A stretch of DNA of 64,000 bases from Amphiscolops sp. MND2022 (GCA_964187785.1 OZ076409.1:88352001-88416000); one strand, 5' to 3'. Counted from the stretch's first letter, positions 14,701 to 27,185 are shown. A program made the numbers and translations. The notes: generated from the letters alone by a model not told the origin.

Positions 14701-17700
14701 ACAACTTGAGTTGACATCGCTGAAGGACGAGCTGATGAACCTTCAAAATGCCTTAGAGAAACAGGAAGATATGATATCAGAGAAAGAAACCTCTATTGGG
14801 TATTTGAAGCTCGACCTTATTGAAAAAGAAGAAAAGTTATCAACGGCTTTGGAATCACTGTCTGTGAAAAACGGAGAAATTAAAACATTGCTGGCGGAAA
14901 AGGAGAAGCTGGAACTTCTGATGATTAACTTGGCCGACGAACGAGACGAGTGGCGTGGTAAGTATGAGGAAACCTTCCAAAAATGGAAAGAGGTTCAAAG
15001 TGATCTGCAACAGTGTATGCAGAAGATGAATGCAGTTGAAAGAAAAGCTGAGGAATTAACCAATGAAGTAGAGCATCTGAAGGAAGTTGAAAATGATAAG
15101 GAAACTTTACTGCAAGACTTGAAAGAAAAGTTGGAGCAATCTTCGCAGCAATACTCCTCATTGCTTGTGGCCTTAGAACAAGAAAGTTCCGAGAAAGAAG
15201 TGTCCATTGAAAAAATTTCCCAATTGGCAGAAAAATTGAAAAGCACTCAGAAGAATTTGGAGCATGAGAAAAATGTGAGCGCCGATTTCAGTCAAAAGTG
15301 CAGCGACCTCATGGAAAAATTGGGTAATATGTCCAACGAAACTGACGGTTATGGAAAGAGACTCAGCGAGCTCTCGGAAAAGTTGGCTAATTCGGTTAAT
15401 GAAAAGTGCAATTTGAATTCAAAGCTGAACAATCTCATGGGTGAGCGTCAAAATCTGCTGGGAAGCATTGAGTCCATGAAAAGTGAAAAAAGTCAGCTGA
15501 TGAAACACATTAATGACCTTAAAAGTGAATTGAGAAAGACCAAAGAAATATGTGAACAGCTTACATTGGAAATCGAGCAATTGGTGAGCAAACGATCGAG
15601 TGATGAAGATTCTCCCCGAGAAACCGCCATTTTACGTGACAATGAGCAAGCGGAAGTTCTGAAAAGCGAAATCGATCGATTGAATGAGAAAATATCCGAA
15701 CTTGAAAAAAGTCTGGACGAATCCCGCGCGAGTAATGAGCTTTTGAGTCAAAATTTGGCTGTAAAAGAGGACATATTGAGATCTCTGCAACTAGAATTTA
15801 GTACAATTTGTAAAGCTTTAGAAGCAATTTTTCAAACTTCTGAATGTGAAGACATTTCCACCATTGTTACTTACATGCGATCTGAGATCGAAAGATTGAC
15901 TTCGGAAGTTCACAAGGGTAAGGAAGATTTGAATGAGTGTGATTCTAGCTTGAAACAGCTGGAATCAGACCTAGCTGCTAAAACAGATCAGTTGGTTGCG
16001 AGGGAAATCAATTTCGAAGAAACAAAACGCCAACTCACTGAAAGTAGGAAGAGACTAGATGAGTATACTGAAAGAAACCGTGAGTTAATTGAAGAAATGG
16101 AGCTCTTGCAAGAAACGAACGGAAATTTGGAAACGTCCGTTGCAGACCTACAGAAGTACCTCAAAATATCCGAAGATAGATTGAGCGAAGTCATGAAAGG
16201 CGACTGGGAAAATCGTCTTGAGCAAGAAAGGCAGGTGGTATCGACTCAAAAATCCCAACTCCAAGAGCTTCGTGGTTTAGTCGAAAGTTACGAGAAACAA
16301 TTGGACGAAGCTGTTGAGGACTACGAAATGATGAAAGAAAGGTATCAGTCTGTTTCTCAACAGGTGTCTGGGAACTCGTTAGCTTTTCAGCAGGAAATCA
16401 ACGAGCTAAAGCAGAGCAAGCAAGCAATCGAAAGAGAAAATGAAGCTTTGACCGAACAAATGTGGCAATTAGAAGAAAGGGCTTCTTCTTTGACTGAACA
16501 GTTGAAAACTAGCTTCGATAATTCGAAAGCCAAGGATTCTGTCATTAACGAGAAAGAAGCAATGATTGCAAATTTGAAGGTTGACATTTCAAATTGTAAC
16601 CAAGAGCTGAAACGTGCTAAAAGCTCTCTCAATGATATACAAGATAAGTTTGGGACTCAGCTTTCTGACAATCATAAAATGGCGGATAAGCACGTTGAGG
16701 ATTGCGAGAAGATAACCAAATTAGAAAGTGAGAATGATCAATTGAAGACAAAGAATGAAGCGTTGACTGAAATTCTGAGTGAAAATGAGCAAGGCTGGAA
16801 TCAGAAGTTTAAGCAACAACAAGAGGAGTTTGAAAAGTACGCCCAACAAGCGTATGCGGTGAGAGCTCATTATGATCAACTCCTGTTCGCCTATAACCAA
16901 AAAACCCAGGAAGTCAGTGACCTTGAGCAATCCAACGGAGAGCTGCGTGATCAAATTTCCCAACTTGAGGAAAAGATTTTGGATATGACGTCATCTTTTG
17001 GTGCTTCCGATTTCCCCTCAGAACAAGTTGAAGAAGAAGGAATTGTTTTCTCTGCAGACTCTAAACTTCAAGCAACTAATGATCAAGCAGTGACTAGTCT
17101 TGAAAATAAGAAACTATATGAAGAAGTAAATTTATTGAAAGAAGAAATAGTGCATTTGAAAGATCAATTGAATGAGAAGAATTCTCAATTAGATCAATCT
17201 AAAATTGAAGTTGTTGGGTTGAACCAAAAACTGGAGAAGAAGGTTGACGAGATGAAAGATGTACGTGTGAGAAACGACAAGATGAGTGCCGAATTAGGCA
17301 GATTGCGCGAACACATGTTGCAGATGGAAGAGGGTTACACTCACGAGGCTCTCGTAGCCGAAGATCGCGAGAAAAATTTGAGAACGAAACTGTTTGAGCT
17401 GGAAAGCAAACTGGAAAAGTTCACCATCTCCAACTCCTCTATAGAGTAAGACATCACGATTTTTTGTTATTTTCCGCCCATATTTCATATATGGGAAAGG
17501 AAAATATTTAAAACAACGGTTTAAAATCAAACGGTTTTTTTAACAAAATTTGCCAAGCATCAAATTTGTTTTCAACTTTAAGGATGTTACCCATAGAATT
17601 CAAATCACATAAATTTAGCTTCGTGTGATATGTATTTGTGGAGATTTCTTGACTTTTTAAGTTGACCCCAAGGACGCCGGAATGACACCAAAATGACCCC

Positions 17701-20700
17701 AAAAACGGGAAAATTTGCAAAAAGTTCTAATTTTGACGTTTTAATGCAATTTTTGTCAATTTTTCGATAGATATCGTAGATACGAATGTTGAAAACGTTC
17801 AACAAGTCACAAATTCGTTGTCTAGTAGGCTTATATGAAGAGATAATTGCAGTTATCTGGATGAAAATGTCTCAACTTAACACCGAAAATGACAAAAAAC
17901 CAAAAATTCCCGATTTTTAACGTTTTTATGCAATTTAAATCAAATTTCCGATAGACTTCGTGGATTAGAATGTTGAAAACGCTCAACATGGCACTAATTC
18001 GTTGTCCAGCAGGCGTTTCCGATGAGATAATTGCTGTTTTCCAAATTGAGAAATCTCAAATTGACACCGAAAATGACAAAGAACCCCAAAATTTACATTT
18101 TTAAAAGTTTTTACGGATTTTCCATCGAATTTTTGAAAGCCTTCGTGAATTTGAAAAATTCAAAGGGCCAACAAGGAAAAGGTTGGTTGTTCAGTAGTCT
18201 TTTCCGAAGATTTCATTGCATTTTTCTAAATGAAAATGTCTCACATTGACACCGAAAATGACAATCACAAAAATTTCCTACTTTCGATAGTTTTATGCAT
18301 TTTTCCCCAAATTTTCGACAGACTTCGTCAATTGGAACGTTGAAAATGGCCAACAAGGAAAACATGTGTTGTCCAGTATGCTTGGAAAAGAGATAAATGA
18401 ATTGACATCGAAAAGGACAAAATTTCGAAAGTTTTCCTATTTGCACTATTTTCGTTCAATTTTTGTCAAAATATTGACTTCGTGGACTAGAATGTTAACA
18501 CGCCTAAAGCATGGGCAAGTTTGTTGTTTCGGTGAGTTTCTGTTACGAGATAAGCTAAATCTGTAGAAAAAATGCCTCAAATTGATCCTGAATTGTCGAA
18601 AAGTTTGAAGCTTTGTCGTTTTTGATGCAATTTCTGTACAATTTCCGAAAGATTTTGCTCAATTTCCAACACAATCAACTCAACAATGAGAGAACGACCT
18701 ATGCATTACATTTTTTGAAGAGAACGTTGCAGCGTTTTGCTTCAAAAACACTTCAGAAACCCTCCAAATGAGTCCAGAAATTTCAACATCTTTGTTTTTG
18801 TGCAACTTGTGTACTTTTTGAATCGTTTGGAGTCAAAAGGATGGCAAACGTTCAACAAAGACTGAACTCATAATCCCGTACGCTTTCAAAGGAACATTAG
18901 CAGACTTCGGTTGGAGAATGACTCAAAATTGACAGCGAAAAGTCGAAATTTTTGTCGATTTCCGACATTTTCAGGGAATTTTATGAGATTCGAAAGTTTC
19001 GGTAAAATAAAAGCTTCGAAAAGCTCCAGTTAATAAAACTATGTCCGAAGCACGTTTTTTAAAGAAATAGCATATTTTATAGTCGAAAGGTTCCTCAGAT
19101 TGACCCAAAAATTGGAAAATCTGATTTCCTTTACAGAAAACCTCAAAAATTGAAAATTGCAAAAAATCGAAATTCATTCTCAAAGAAATTATTGAAAATT
19201 TTCTCTTTTCTCGGTAAGTTGCATAGTGCCGAAAAAACGCAAAGTGGCCAGCTTTCGCAGAAATAATAACTTATTTTTTTCCTGGAAAATGGGCTAAGAT
19301 GAATCAAAGCTTTCTTTTCTTCGAACTTCTTCGCGTTTTTATAGTGCATTGGCTATTCTTGAGCCTGAAATTCATGTAGTTGTAGAACAGTTTGGGGCGA
19401 AAAATATCTCGCTGCTCAGGGGGCGTCTTGTTTAATTTTAATCTTGTACTTGTAGCAAAGCTGGTCCAAGAGTTTACAATTAATTAAGTTTGGTGTATGA
19501 AAATTGTGCAAGTGCCAGGGTTCTGACATCGCTTCATGAAGTTTCACGTCGAATAGACTTTTCGGCAGAAAAATGATAGAAAAAAACTTCGACTTGATGG
19601 TTTAGAATTTTTTCTTGATTTGCATATTGTTACTTGTAGGTAACATACTGAAACACAAAAAAGGAAATAAAACTCAACCTCAGTTTTTTTTGCGCGAAGG
19701 GTTAGTACTATGAGACTATGAGTGGGAAAAGCAAAAAAAACTAAGCTATCTGTTTCCTGAAAAATGCATGCACAAGAGTGTTAATCAATAAACCGCTGAT
19801 TTCGCAATCGCTAACCAGGTAGAACATTTTTTGCTGGTTTACAACTACAGAATGGAAACAAAGTGCAGGGACAAGACTGACCGCCAAATAGCGTGCGGTT
19901 GTATATGGATAGAACAAAAACTTTATTTGCCAATTTTTCAGCGGCCTAGGAACTCGCGTCAAAATCAAATGGTTTCTCTAAATTTTACGCAACCTCTTTG
20001 TGTATTCCAGTTTTCTCGAAACGATGTGATTGTTCTGCACACTCTTAATAAAATGGTTGCCACTAAATCAATTGGCTAATGAAAACTTCCCGCTTCTCTA
20101 ATTCGCTAAACCGCTAATTAGAGGTATCATAACCCTGGCAAGACCCAATGGCAATCCAATCCCATTCGTATATATGAACCAAACTAATTTCAAAACGTAA
20201 CAACTGCTAGCTTGAGACCCTGAAACAATTTTTGTTAGTTTAAACTGAACTTCGTAAATCAATACCTGGATTGATTCAAGCTCGAAATATTGATTGCCTT
20301 GTTGTTACATTCTTTAACTTCTGTCTGTTTTTAGTTCCCAAACTCTGAGCAAACTGGCTGAGAAAGAATCTCAACTCGAAGCTTTAATTTTCAAGTCAAA
20401 CAATCTGGAGCGTGAATTGTCGGATACGAACGATCAGATGCAATTATATAAAGACGCCTCACAGAATCTGCAGCTAGTTCTGGAGAACTTTCAGAAAGGT
20501 GAGTGAGTCTCTCTGATTTGACCTTTATTTGCAGGCTCATTACTCTGATGTTGATTTCCACTGATCCTCAATTGCTAATTTTGCCATCCGAAAATAATCC
20601 AAAGGGCGACCGGACCCTTTTGGTCCGAATTAGCTTCGCAAACAAAAAATTAAACTGCACGGAAATTTAACCCACGGCCCGATGTCGAGTCTTCTTTTGC

Positions 20701-22644
20701 GCTAATCCACTGAGCCGAAGGGCCAAATACTTTAGTTCCCTTACAATGAAAACCTATAAATGTCAGTTGGCCTGTGTCTTTAAAATTGTCACGACTTTAG
20801 TCGGGCTTTTTTACGGAAAGCGCCGACTACGAAGAGGTCTTTTACGTAAAAAATCAGTTGAACAAGAGTTTTGATTGCCCAATAGCCACTGGCGCCTTGT
20901 TAATTTCCTCAGTTTATGAAATTCAACATTATAATTCTGGTGTAATCCAAGGTAATCAATTATTATTTTTTATTCCAGAGAAGCAGCGTGAACTCAAACA
21001 GTTGGAAGAAGGAATGGAAGCGAAGTTGCTTGCAGCTACTGAGCAGAAAAGCCGCCTTGAGACAAAATTGTCGAAACAAAACTCCAAATTAGATAAGCAA
21101 CAAAAGTTATTGGAGCAGGCGGCTCATTTGAATTCAGAGCTTGAACTTCGTGAAGAAGAAATTGAACGATTGCGAAGCGAGATCGATTCTCAAGTAGCGC
21201 AGGTGGCCAAATGGAAGAAGAAAGCCCAAGAGGCTCTTGGTCTTGGAGACAGGGTGGAGAAACAACTGGTGAAGAATTTGCTCGTTGCTTATCTCACTGT
21301 TCCTAACAACAAGAAACCAGACGCATTGGCGATGATCGCCAGGTTTTTAGAGTTCTCGGAAGATGAACGAACTAAGGTTAGTTGATGGGTCAATGTTTTC
21401 TTTTTTCTTCGACTATACAAGCTACACACCAAAAAGCTAAAGACACTCAAATTCGCTAACGAAAGTTTTCATAGCGCATTAAAATTTTGTATACTCATTT
21501 GACAAGAAGTTTCGGGAACAAAAATCTTTCGAATTACAATCAGAATCACGACAGTATTTACTGTTTTGGTATCAAAGCAAAGTTACATAAGTTGTATCAC
21601 TCGGCATATCTGTATATTTTGGCATTTTTGGCAAGTTTTTTATCTTGGGTCACAAAATGCAAAAAAAATCAAATTTTGCTCCGTAAAGTTATTTTTATCA
21701 GAAAGCATTTTCAGAAAAAATGTTTAATTTACACGTTGAAGAAGAGTCTCGATGCCATGGAATTGTTCCCGGGAGATCTTTCTTCTGAGCGGTAGTTTTC
21801 GAGAGCATTGCGTAAATTCGAAAATCGGATCAAAATCAGATATTTCGATCTTGAGTTTTTGTCAAATTCCCATCTCAAGAAATGACGCGCTTTCAGAGTT
21901 TTCGCCTGCAATATTGGCTGGTTTTTAGCTTTTTAGAACCATAGTTGTTCAAGAATTCAAAAGCTGTTCTTTGATCATTTGGGTAAATTTCATGGGAGGC
22001 CTAAAGTTGCGTAGTTCTTCGTAGTTGTCATGTGCGGTTCAATTTCATTGATTGAGTTGAATCATTTGGATTTGAATCAATCCTGCAAAGTAAACTACAC
22101 TGATCTGTTTCTGCAGGTTGGAATTGGACAACAACGTGGTTGGTTTTCTGGCTGGATGGCCGCGCCGAGTGGCCAGCAAGCAGCGTACAACAAGTCACAA
22201 GAATCATTTACTCAAAAATTCATCGAGTTCCTGGAAACCGAGTCATCTCAACCTCAAGTAGTCGCTTTACCTCACCACCATCTGAATCCCGACTCTGCTT
22301 CTGGGTCCTCGAATGCATCTGAAATGGCGGCAACGTCCACTGGGTCTAATACTCAAGGACGGTTCAAAGCTTCAGGGGGGTTCAATCCCTTCTCGCCCTC
22401 TGTGCTTCCCCAGATGAAGCACAGCCCCAACAACATCGGTAGTAGTCCCCTGCATTCAACCGAAAACAGCAGGTCCAGTAGACAAAGTAGCGTCAGTTCA
22501 ACTACGACTGCTTTCCAAGAAGACACGAATTCTTCCTTCTCCAAACTCAGCAGTGATCAAGAGAGAGATCCAGCAGTGTCATCCTCAACTTCCGGTTTGT
22601 TAGGTGGTGGAAACTTTCTCAAGGAGCTCTTGAATGACGAATAA
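5566..22644 (+). CDS. TRIP11: Golgin GMAP-210 / thyroid receptor-interacting protein 11 homolog, 8 coding exons, ~1,942 aa
   Basis: Exons 5566-5754, 10623-11385, 12117-12220, 13041-13238, 13961-17445, 20335-20498, 20979-21376, 22117-22644 join in frame with GT-AG junctions. N-terminus MSWF...SLTGQ...SSFTRDVL, long coiled coil, LREHMLQMEEGYTHEAL and NLQLVLENFQ motifs, GRAB domain (VEKQLVKNLLVAYL...MIARFLEFSEDER) and GA1 motif (SFTQKFIEFLETES). Confidence 0.9.
7090..8150 (-). pseudogene. Highly decayed Penelope-like retroelement RT fragment in TRIP11 intron 1
   Basis: Broken minus-strand frames give, in order, MALTFVP, IATKAD, YSITSLFNCVYP, ELIDFC and GFFTQK*MSNM, loosely matching PLE motifs GLxFxP, KADKG, DVxSLFTNVP and FYxQxxGxxMG. 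Confidence 0.4.
9181..9604 (-). mobile_element. HINE family A copy
   Basis: Hairpin AGACG-AGAA-CGTCT, subTIRs AGTCGGCACT / AGTGCCGACT. Confidence 0.75.
10623..11385 (+). CDS. TRIP11: TRIP11-like coding exon 2
   Basis: Acceptor tttcag|ACG, donor ATTG|gttcgt, coiled-coil translation. Confidence 0.85.
11546..11989 (-). mobile_element. HINE family A copy
   Basis: Hairpin GCCG-GGAA-CGGC, subTIRs AGTCGGCGCT / AGCGCCGACT, close similarity to 569-1123. Confidence 0.8.
12117..12220 (+). CDS. TRIP11: TRIP11-like coding exon 3 (not in ORF track)
   Basis: tttcag|GC...GAG|gtaatt, open, bridges phase 1 to phase 0 as required. Confidence 0.75.
13041..13238 (+). CDS. TRIP11: TRIP11-like coding exon 4
   Basis: tttcag|TTG...GAG|gttagt, phase 0/0. 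Confidence 0.8.
13274..13903 (+). mobile_element. HINE family A copy filling most of TRIP11 intron 4
   Basis: Begins ttttAGTCGTGGC, ends CCGACTTGAGACGTTCCCGTCTTTT. Confidence 0.7.
13961..17445 (+). CDS. TRIP11: TRIP11-like coding exon 5 (3,485-bp coiled-coil exon)
   Basis: ttctag|CAA...GA|gtaag, 1161-aa E/K/L-rich heptad ORF. Confidence 0.93.
17461..19432 (+). mobile_element. HINE family B copy with ~5 tandem units
   Basis: 5' TATTTTCCGCCC, 3' GGGGCGAAAAATATCTCGCTGCTCAGGGGGCGTCTTGTT. Confidence 0.75.
19516..20137. mobile_element. hAT-type MITE (related to 41328-41709)
   Basis: TIRs CAGGGTTCTGACA / TATCATAACCCTG, flanks GCAAGTGC / GCAAGACC (degenerate 8-bp TSD), CGCTAA subterminal motifs. 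Confidence 0.6.
20335..20498 (+). CDS. TRIP11: TRIP11-like coding exon 6 (not in ORF track)
   Basis: ttttag|T...AAAG|gtgagt, encodes SQNLQLVLENFQK. Confidence 0.88.
20590..20832 (-). mobile_element. Truncated HINE family A copy with tRNA-like module
   Basis: End AGTCGGGCTT...AAAGCGCCGACT, minus-strand GGCTCAGTGG A-box-like motif. Confidence 0.5.
20979..21376 (+). CDS. TRIP11: TRIP11-like coding exon 7 (GRAB domain)
   Basis: ttccag|AG...AAG|gttagt, GRAB motif. Confidence 0.9.
22117..22644 (+). CDS. TRIP11: TRIP11-like terminal coding exon 8 (GA1 motif, Ser-rich tail)
   Basis: ctgcag|GTT, GWFSGW...SFTQKFIEFLETES, TAA stop. Confidence 0.9.
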   Translation, partial: VGIGQQRGWFSGWMAAPSGQQAAYNKSQESFTQKFIEFLETESSQPQVVALPHHHLNPDSASGSSNASEMAATSTGSNTQGRFKASGGFNPFSPSVLPQMKHSPNNIGSSPLHSTENSRSSRQSSVSSTTTAFQEDTNSSFSKLSSDQERDPAVSSSTSGLLGGGNFLKELLNDE

Positions 22645-22904
22645 TTTCTCAATTATAATTATTCCTGTATTTCTGGATATCGGTGCCTCTTAGGCCCATC
22701 GGTGCTAGGATTGATTTGTTAATGTGATTGTTGGCGTTACTTTATTGTTTTGAAACTATTTGCTTTTATGCTGTCATTTTGCAGCTATGATATATCGGTC
22801 CTTCGTGTATAGAAAGAGAAAGTTGGTTTGTAGCTGTAATTATATTTTATAAAATTCTATGTCTAATCAGTTCCGAATTAAATTTTCAAACATCATCTTT
22901 TCTC

Positions 22905-22910
22905 AATAAA
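22905..22910 (+). promoter_or_regulatory. Candidate polyadenylation signal of the TRIP11-like gene
   Basis: AATAAA about 260 nt after the stop codon. Confidence 0.5.
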
Positions 22911-23330
22911 GAAAATAATGAGAAAGAGCGACTATAGTCATGGCTGTCCAGTTTTTTTTTCAATACCCCTGCACTAGCCAAAATAGTTTCACAACAGTTC
23001 TTCAATTTTGGCAAAGTCTCTCTCGGCCATCTACGTTTTACTAGAAGGAGGCGGATGTTTCAATCGAAGTGATTAAATTTTTAGCCCCTTTTGATGTTCA
23101 CGGAAACCAAGCGTTTTGAGAGCATAGAGGGCCACCTTAGATTTTCGTCACAATGCAACTTAGCGAAGATTTTCTAAAATGAATTGAAACTTCGAAAATT
23201 TTCCAATTTTTTGATGTTTTCTGTAAAGAAAACCCTTTTCCGAGCCCTAAGGGTGGCCTCGTTGATTATTTTTTGCTCCTGTGGAACCGATGAGACTTTT
23301 CTCAATAATTGTGGGAAAATTTTACGGTTT

Positions 23331-23538
23331 TTAGTCGGCGCTTCATGAAGTGAAACGCGACTTATACTATACTAGTAGTGACTTTTTTCAATCCACACGA
23401 ACTGACCAAAATAGTTCAAAATTATACCAAATTTTATGGTGTCGAATTGAACCATTTGGCCTAGGCAACAACCAAATATGTTTTTCCTTTTTTCTCGCGT
23501 AACAATACCGGTCGAGACTAAAGGGTCCCCGGCTTGTT
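23331..23538 (+). mobile_element. Internally deleted HINE family A copy
   Basis: TTAGTCGGCGCTTCATGAAG start joined to CCCGGCTTGTT end. Confidence 0.7.
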
Positions 23539-23943
23539 TTGACACCGTACGATTTTTCTCCGATTTTTTTGTTAAAACATTCCCCTTTCACTTTCATGAC
23601 TGTTGTCGGCTTGAAAAAAGTTTTGCGCAGTGGACGAGTCTTCTGTTGGGTTGACAGATAGTTGAAGCTAGGATATAAAACAATACCCACGGGAACTGTC
23701 GAGGTGCAGTGGCACTGTGATATTTTTCGTATACTGTTACAGACGAAGAAATCAAAGAAGAGCGTTTTCACGTAAAAACAATCTCAGAAAAAGAATCTCA
23801 CAAAAGAGGTTATAATGCAATCTTTCCCAAAAAATCTGGTTAAAAAATAGCACAGTGCCAAAAATTACTCACCTAGGCTCGAAATACCCATTGTAAAAAC
23901 AGAAACCATCAAAAAACCGATGACGCTAATCTCTTGTGACAAC

Positions 23944-25168
23944 AAACAAGACGGGAACGTCTAAAGTCGGCGATATATCTAAGGCTCAAAAAGCGTAAAG
24001 ATTTTCGGATATGCAAAGGACGTTTTTTAATAAAGTTTCCGTAAGGGTGCCTTTCGTGCTCGGAAAACTCTTCAGAAGTTAGGTTATTGCGTGCTGAAAC
24101 AAATGCGGGCACTTTTTTTCAATCCTAACCTCCTCCTCTGTGAAACGCAAAATACTTCGGATATAACGTGAAAAGTTCGGATATAGCGCTTTACTCCGGA
24201 TATTACTTCAAAATTTTGGTTCATCTTTTAAAAAATATTTGTGGGTATATATTGAGAACAAGCCGGGACCGGCTCAAGTCGGCGCCATATCCAAGGCTCA
24301 AAAATAGCAAAAGGACTTCCAAGTGTCAATTTACAGTACTCGCAAATTAAAAAACCAAAAACATTTGACCGAGTGGCGCGCCGGGGCCCGCTAGCCCCTG
24401 GCGCGCTAAAAGGGGGGGACACCTCCGAAATTGTCAACATTTTTATCGCAGTTGAAGGGGGACCCTTTGGAGAAAAAACAACCTTTCGAAAAGCCTCACA
24501 AGGCCGAAAAAGTGGAAGGGGGACCCTTTGGGGTTTTTCAACATCCATTCTGTCGCAAAACAGCAAAAAAATTGAAAGGGGACCCTTTGGTCTCGCCTGG
24601 TATGGTATTTTACGCGGGAAAAAGGAAAAACCTTTTTGGTTCAGTTCTCTGGGGCAAATGGTGCAATAATATTTTGTATAACTTTTAAGAACTATTTTGG
24701 TCAGTTCGTGTGGAGTGAAAAAAAGAGTCACTATAAGGGTCGCGTTTCACTTCATGAAGCACCGACTAAAAACTATACTTCAGACTAAAAAAGAATTTTA
24801 AAAACGTCTCATACTGCCAAAATAGCTGGAAAGGGGAGACCCTTTTGGTCTTTTGAAATTTCAGTTTGCTGCAAAAGTCAAAAAATTAGAAGGGGGATCC
24901 TTTGGAGGCAAAAACAATTTCGAAAAAAGTCGCACAGTGCCGGGAAAATTCAGAGCGTGGACCCTATGACCTTGTTCGGTTTTGTATCTTAAGCTAAATA
25001 AATGAAAAGGGGCCCTTTGCACTAACTTAGATGTGATTCCAGTTACCGGTCCAGAAGTTTAGTAGTTCTGTAAAAAGTGTCCACTACGCATACATTCCGT
25101 TGTCTGACGAAATAAATTAGTCACTGTAATTGTCGGGCTTTTTTCCTTAAATAAAAATGTGCCGACTA
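23944..25168 (-). mobile_element. HINE family A copy interrupted by a nested family A copy
   Basis: Hairpin AGACG-GGAA-CGTCT at 23949, other end GTGCCGACTA. The outer sequence resumes colinearly after 24771. Confidence 0.7.
24257..24771 (-). mobile_element. Nested HINE family A copy
   Basis: Hairpin AGCCG-GGAC-CGGCT, end TTCATGAAGCACCGACTAAAA, inserted in an A-run with no TSD. Confidence 0.8.
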
Positions 25169-26282
25169 GAAATATCGGTAATGTCTCACGCAGTCTATCT
25201 TCCCTCTACCTTTGCAAGAATGGAAAGTTTTCGTCTAGCGCCGGGTTCGAACCTATGCAGAAGAAACCACTCGCTGGCTGTTATGGGAAAGTGCGGATGC
25301 TTTTTTTCCGCGCGACAACTCTCGTTTCAGCCCGTAAGTCGCATAAATCAGGCGTTCGTGGTCTAGTGGTGGGATGCTTGCTTTTCAACCCAGAGGGTTC
25401 GTGTTCGAACCCGTGAGTATGCGGTAATTTTTTACAAGTATTCCGAAGCAGAAGGTTCTCACTATTTCGGCACTATAAGTCTTTTTTTCGAATTTTTTTT
25501 AATGTATTCAAAGGGTCCTCCCTTCAATTTGTTTTGATATTTTGCATCAGAACGAATGTTAAAATTTCCTAAACTGTCCCTTCTTTCAGATTTTTCGGCA
25601 CTATGAGACTGTTAAACATTCTTAATTTTTTGTTTTTTTTTCGAAATTTTCCAAAGACTCCAATGGGTTCCCCTTCAATTTTTTTCATGAAATTTTGCAA
25701 CAGAATGGTTGATAAAAAATCTCCAATGGCCCCTTTTTACAGTTTTCGGCATTGTTAAAAAAATCAAAATGAATTTTTTTTGTCTTAAAAATAGGTTTTC
25801 TGAGGCCCAGCACGCTTTATCCGAATTTTATTTTTTTATAAAACCGGCGTTTTTCCGATGCAACTTTTTTTCTAATATGTTTTCATCCCCCCTCAATTTT
25901 TACTTAAAATGAAACGTTTTGCGAGCATAAAGGACTGCTCAAGGTTTTCAGCACTATGCGACTTACCGGAAACCTCCAAAAAAAAATCGAAAAATTTCGA
26001 GTTTTTTTCCTTATTTTTTTGTTTTTTTTTTTTAAAAAAAAAAACGTTTCCGGTTGAAAAAGATGGATTTTTTGCTGTTTCCAGTTGGGGAAGAATGGTT
26101 TTCGAGATTTATGCGTAACCCTTCGGGTACTTTTTGGCGCTGTAAAATTGATGAAATTTTAACAATGTCTTTTTACACTTGGTTCTCCATATGATTTTGC
26201 TTATTTGGTTATTTTGCTTATTCTTCAAAAGTTCGCAACCTTCTGCGCAAGTGTTTGCCAAGCACGGCTTCGCCTCTGTGTT
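25169..26282 (+). mobile_element. HINE-A-related element with tRNA-like module and different termini
   Basis: Body made of family A subrepeats (GGGTCCCCCTTCAATTT-type), A/B boxes at 25359-25412, terminal GGC-TTC-GCC hairpin. Confidence 0.5.
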
Positions 26283-26688
26283 AATAGTGTTCCACGGTGT
26301 CCCCCTTTTTGCTGGAGGGGGGCATAGCGAAAGAGATCCGACGTTCCTTCAAGGAAATGTTGGAATGTTGCAGAAGAGCCAATTTGAAGCAAATTTTGTG
26401 CCGTCACAACAATGAGTCTTCTTAGATAAACAATATTTGTTTTCGAAGAAGTATTCTTCCTCTGTTCTGATTAAAAGCACACCAAGCAGAAGTTTTGGAA
26501 CATTTTATCAGAAACGCTTTGGAATTGATTTTTTTAAAACGCAATACTGCTTTTTTCGAACTTGTCAATTGCGAAAACTATCTGTATAAGCGCGTTCATT
26601 TTGACTAAATGACCTCTGACTTGAGTAATACAAGGAGTAAAGTCCGTATTTTCCCTAAAGTCACACGCGCACCTCGAGTCCATCTTTG

Positions 26689-27185
26689 TTAATTTTTTTT
26701 CGGGTCTTTCAAAACATTACCGAAACATCGCTCATTTGGGGACCTTCCTGCCCTAGTGCCATTTTGGTCCAAAGACAAATTACCCATGTTTTGTATTTCA
26801 GGTAACACTCTATCATTTATAGCTGAACAAATGGCCCTATTGATCTGCGTCTGCATTAGGTTCTTCAGTGAGTCGATTCCTTGGGGCAATCTAGCGTTCA
26901 TTTCACTCAATAATATCTCAATGTACTCTCCACGTCCATCGTGCTTAACAGGGCCATTTCTATTATCAATGTTGCTGATCTCATTTTCATTAGATGAACG
27001 TTCTCTATTAGGTAACGACTCAAAGTCCTGGTGCCTTTCCGGGCAATTCATAACCTTATCAAGTTTTTTTCTATAGAATTTGTGTTTCCATCCCCTAGCT
27101 TAACGTCCACATTGCTGTTATCGGAAAAAAGATCCATCCCTGTATATTTCCTAGCCTTGGCTTTCTGACTTGTAGTGGAAGGCAT
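26689..27185 (-). pseudogene. Frameshifted ORF remnant, probably transposon-derived (MPSTTSQKAKARK...QINRAICSAINDRVLPEIQ)
   Basis: Two abutting minus ORFs that read as one protein across a frameshift near an A-run at ~27063-27070. Intronless. Family not identified. Confidence 0.35.

Noticed and set aside
13964..17449. 1161-aa ORF as a standalone SMC/myosin-like gene
   Set aside because: No ATPase or motor motifs. It is bounded by splice sites and joins in phase to TRIP11-type exons.
17446..17480. Family B element supplying the exon 5 splice donor
   Set aside because: The element's subTIR begins about 15-20 nt downstream of the GTAAG donor, so the donor appears host-derived.
24228..24731. 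ORFs inside HINE copies (also 48408-48920, 52710-53081, 3107-3532)
   Set aside because: F/K-rich translations of non-coding repeats, and frames are not conserved between copies.
25351..25422. Functional tRNA gene
   Set aside because: A and B boxes are present but acceptor, anticodon and T stems pair poorly, and it is embedded in a repeat element.
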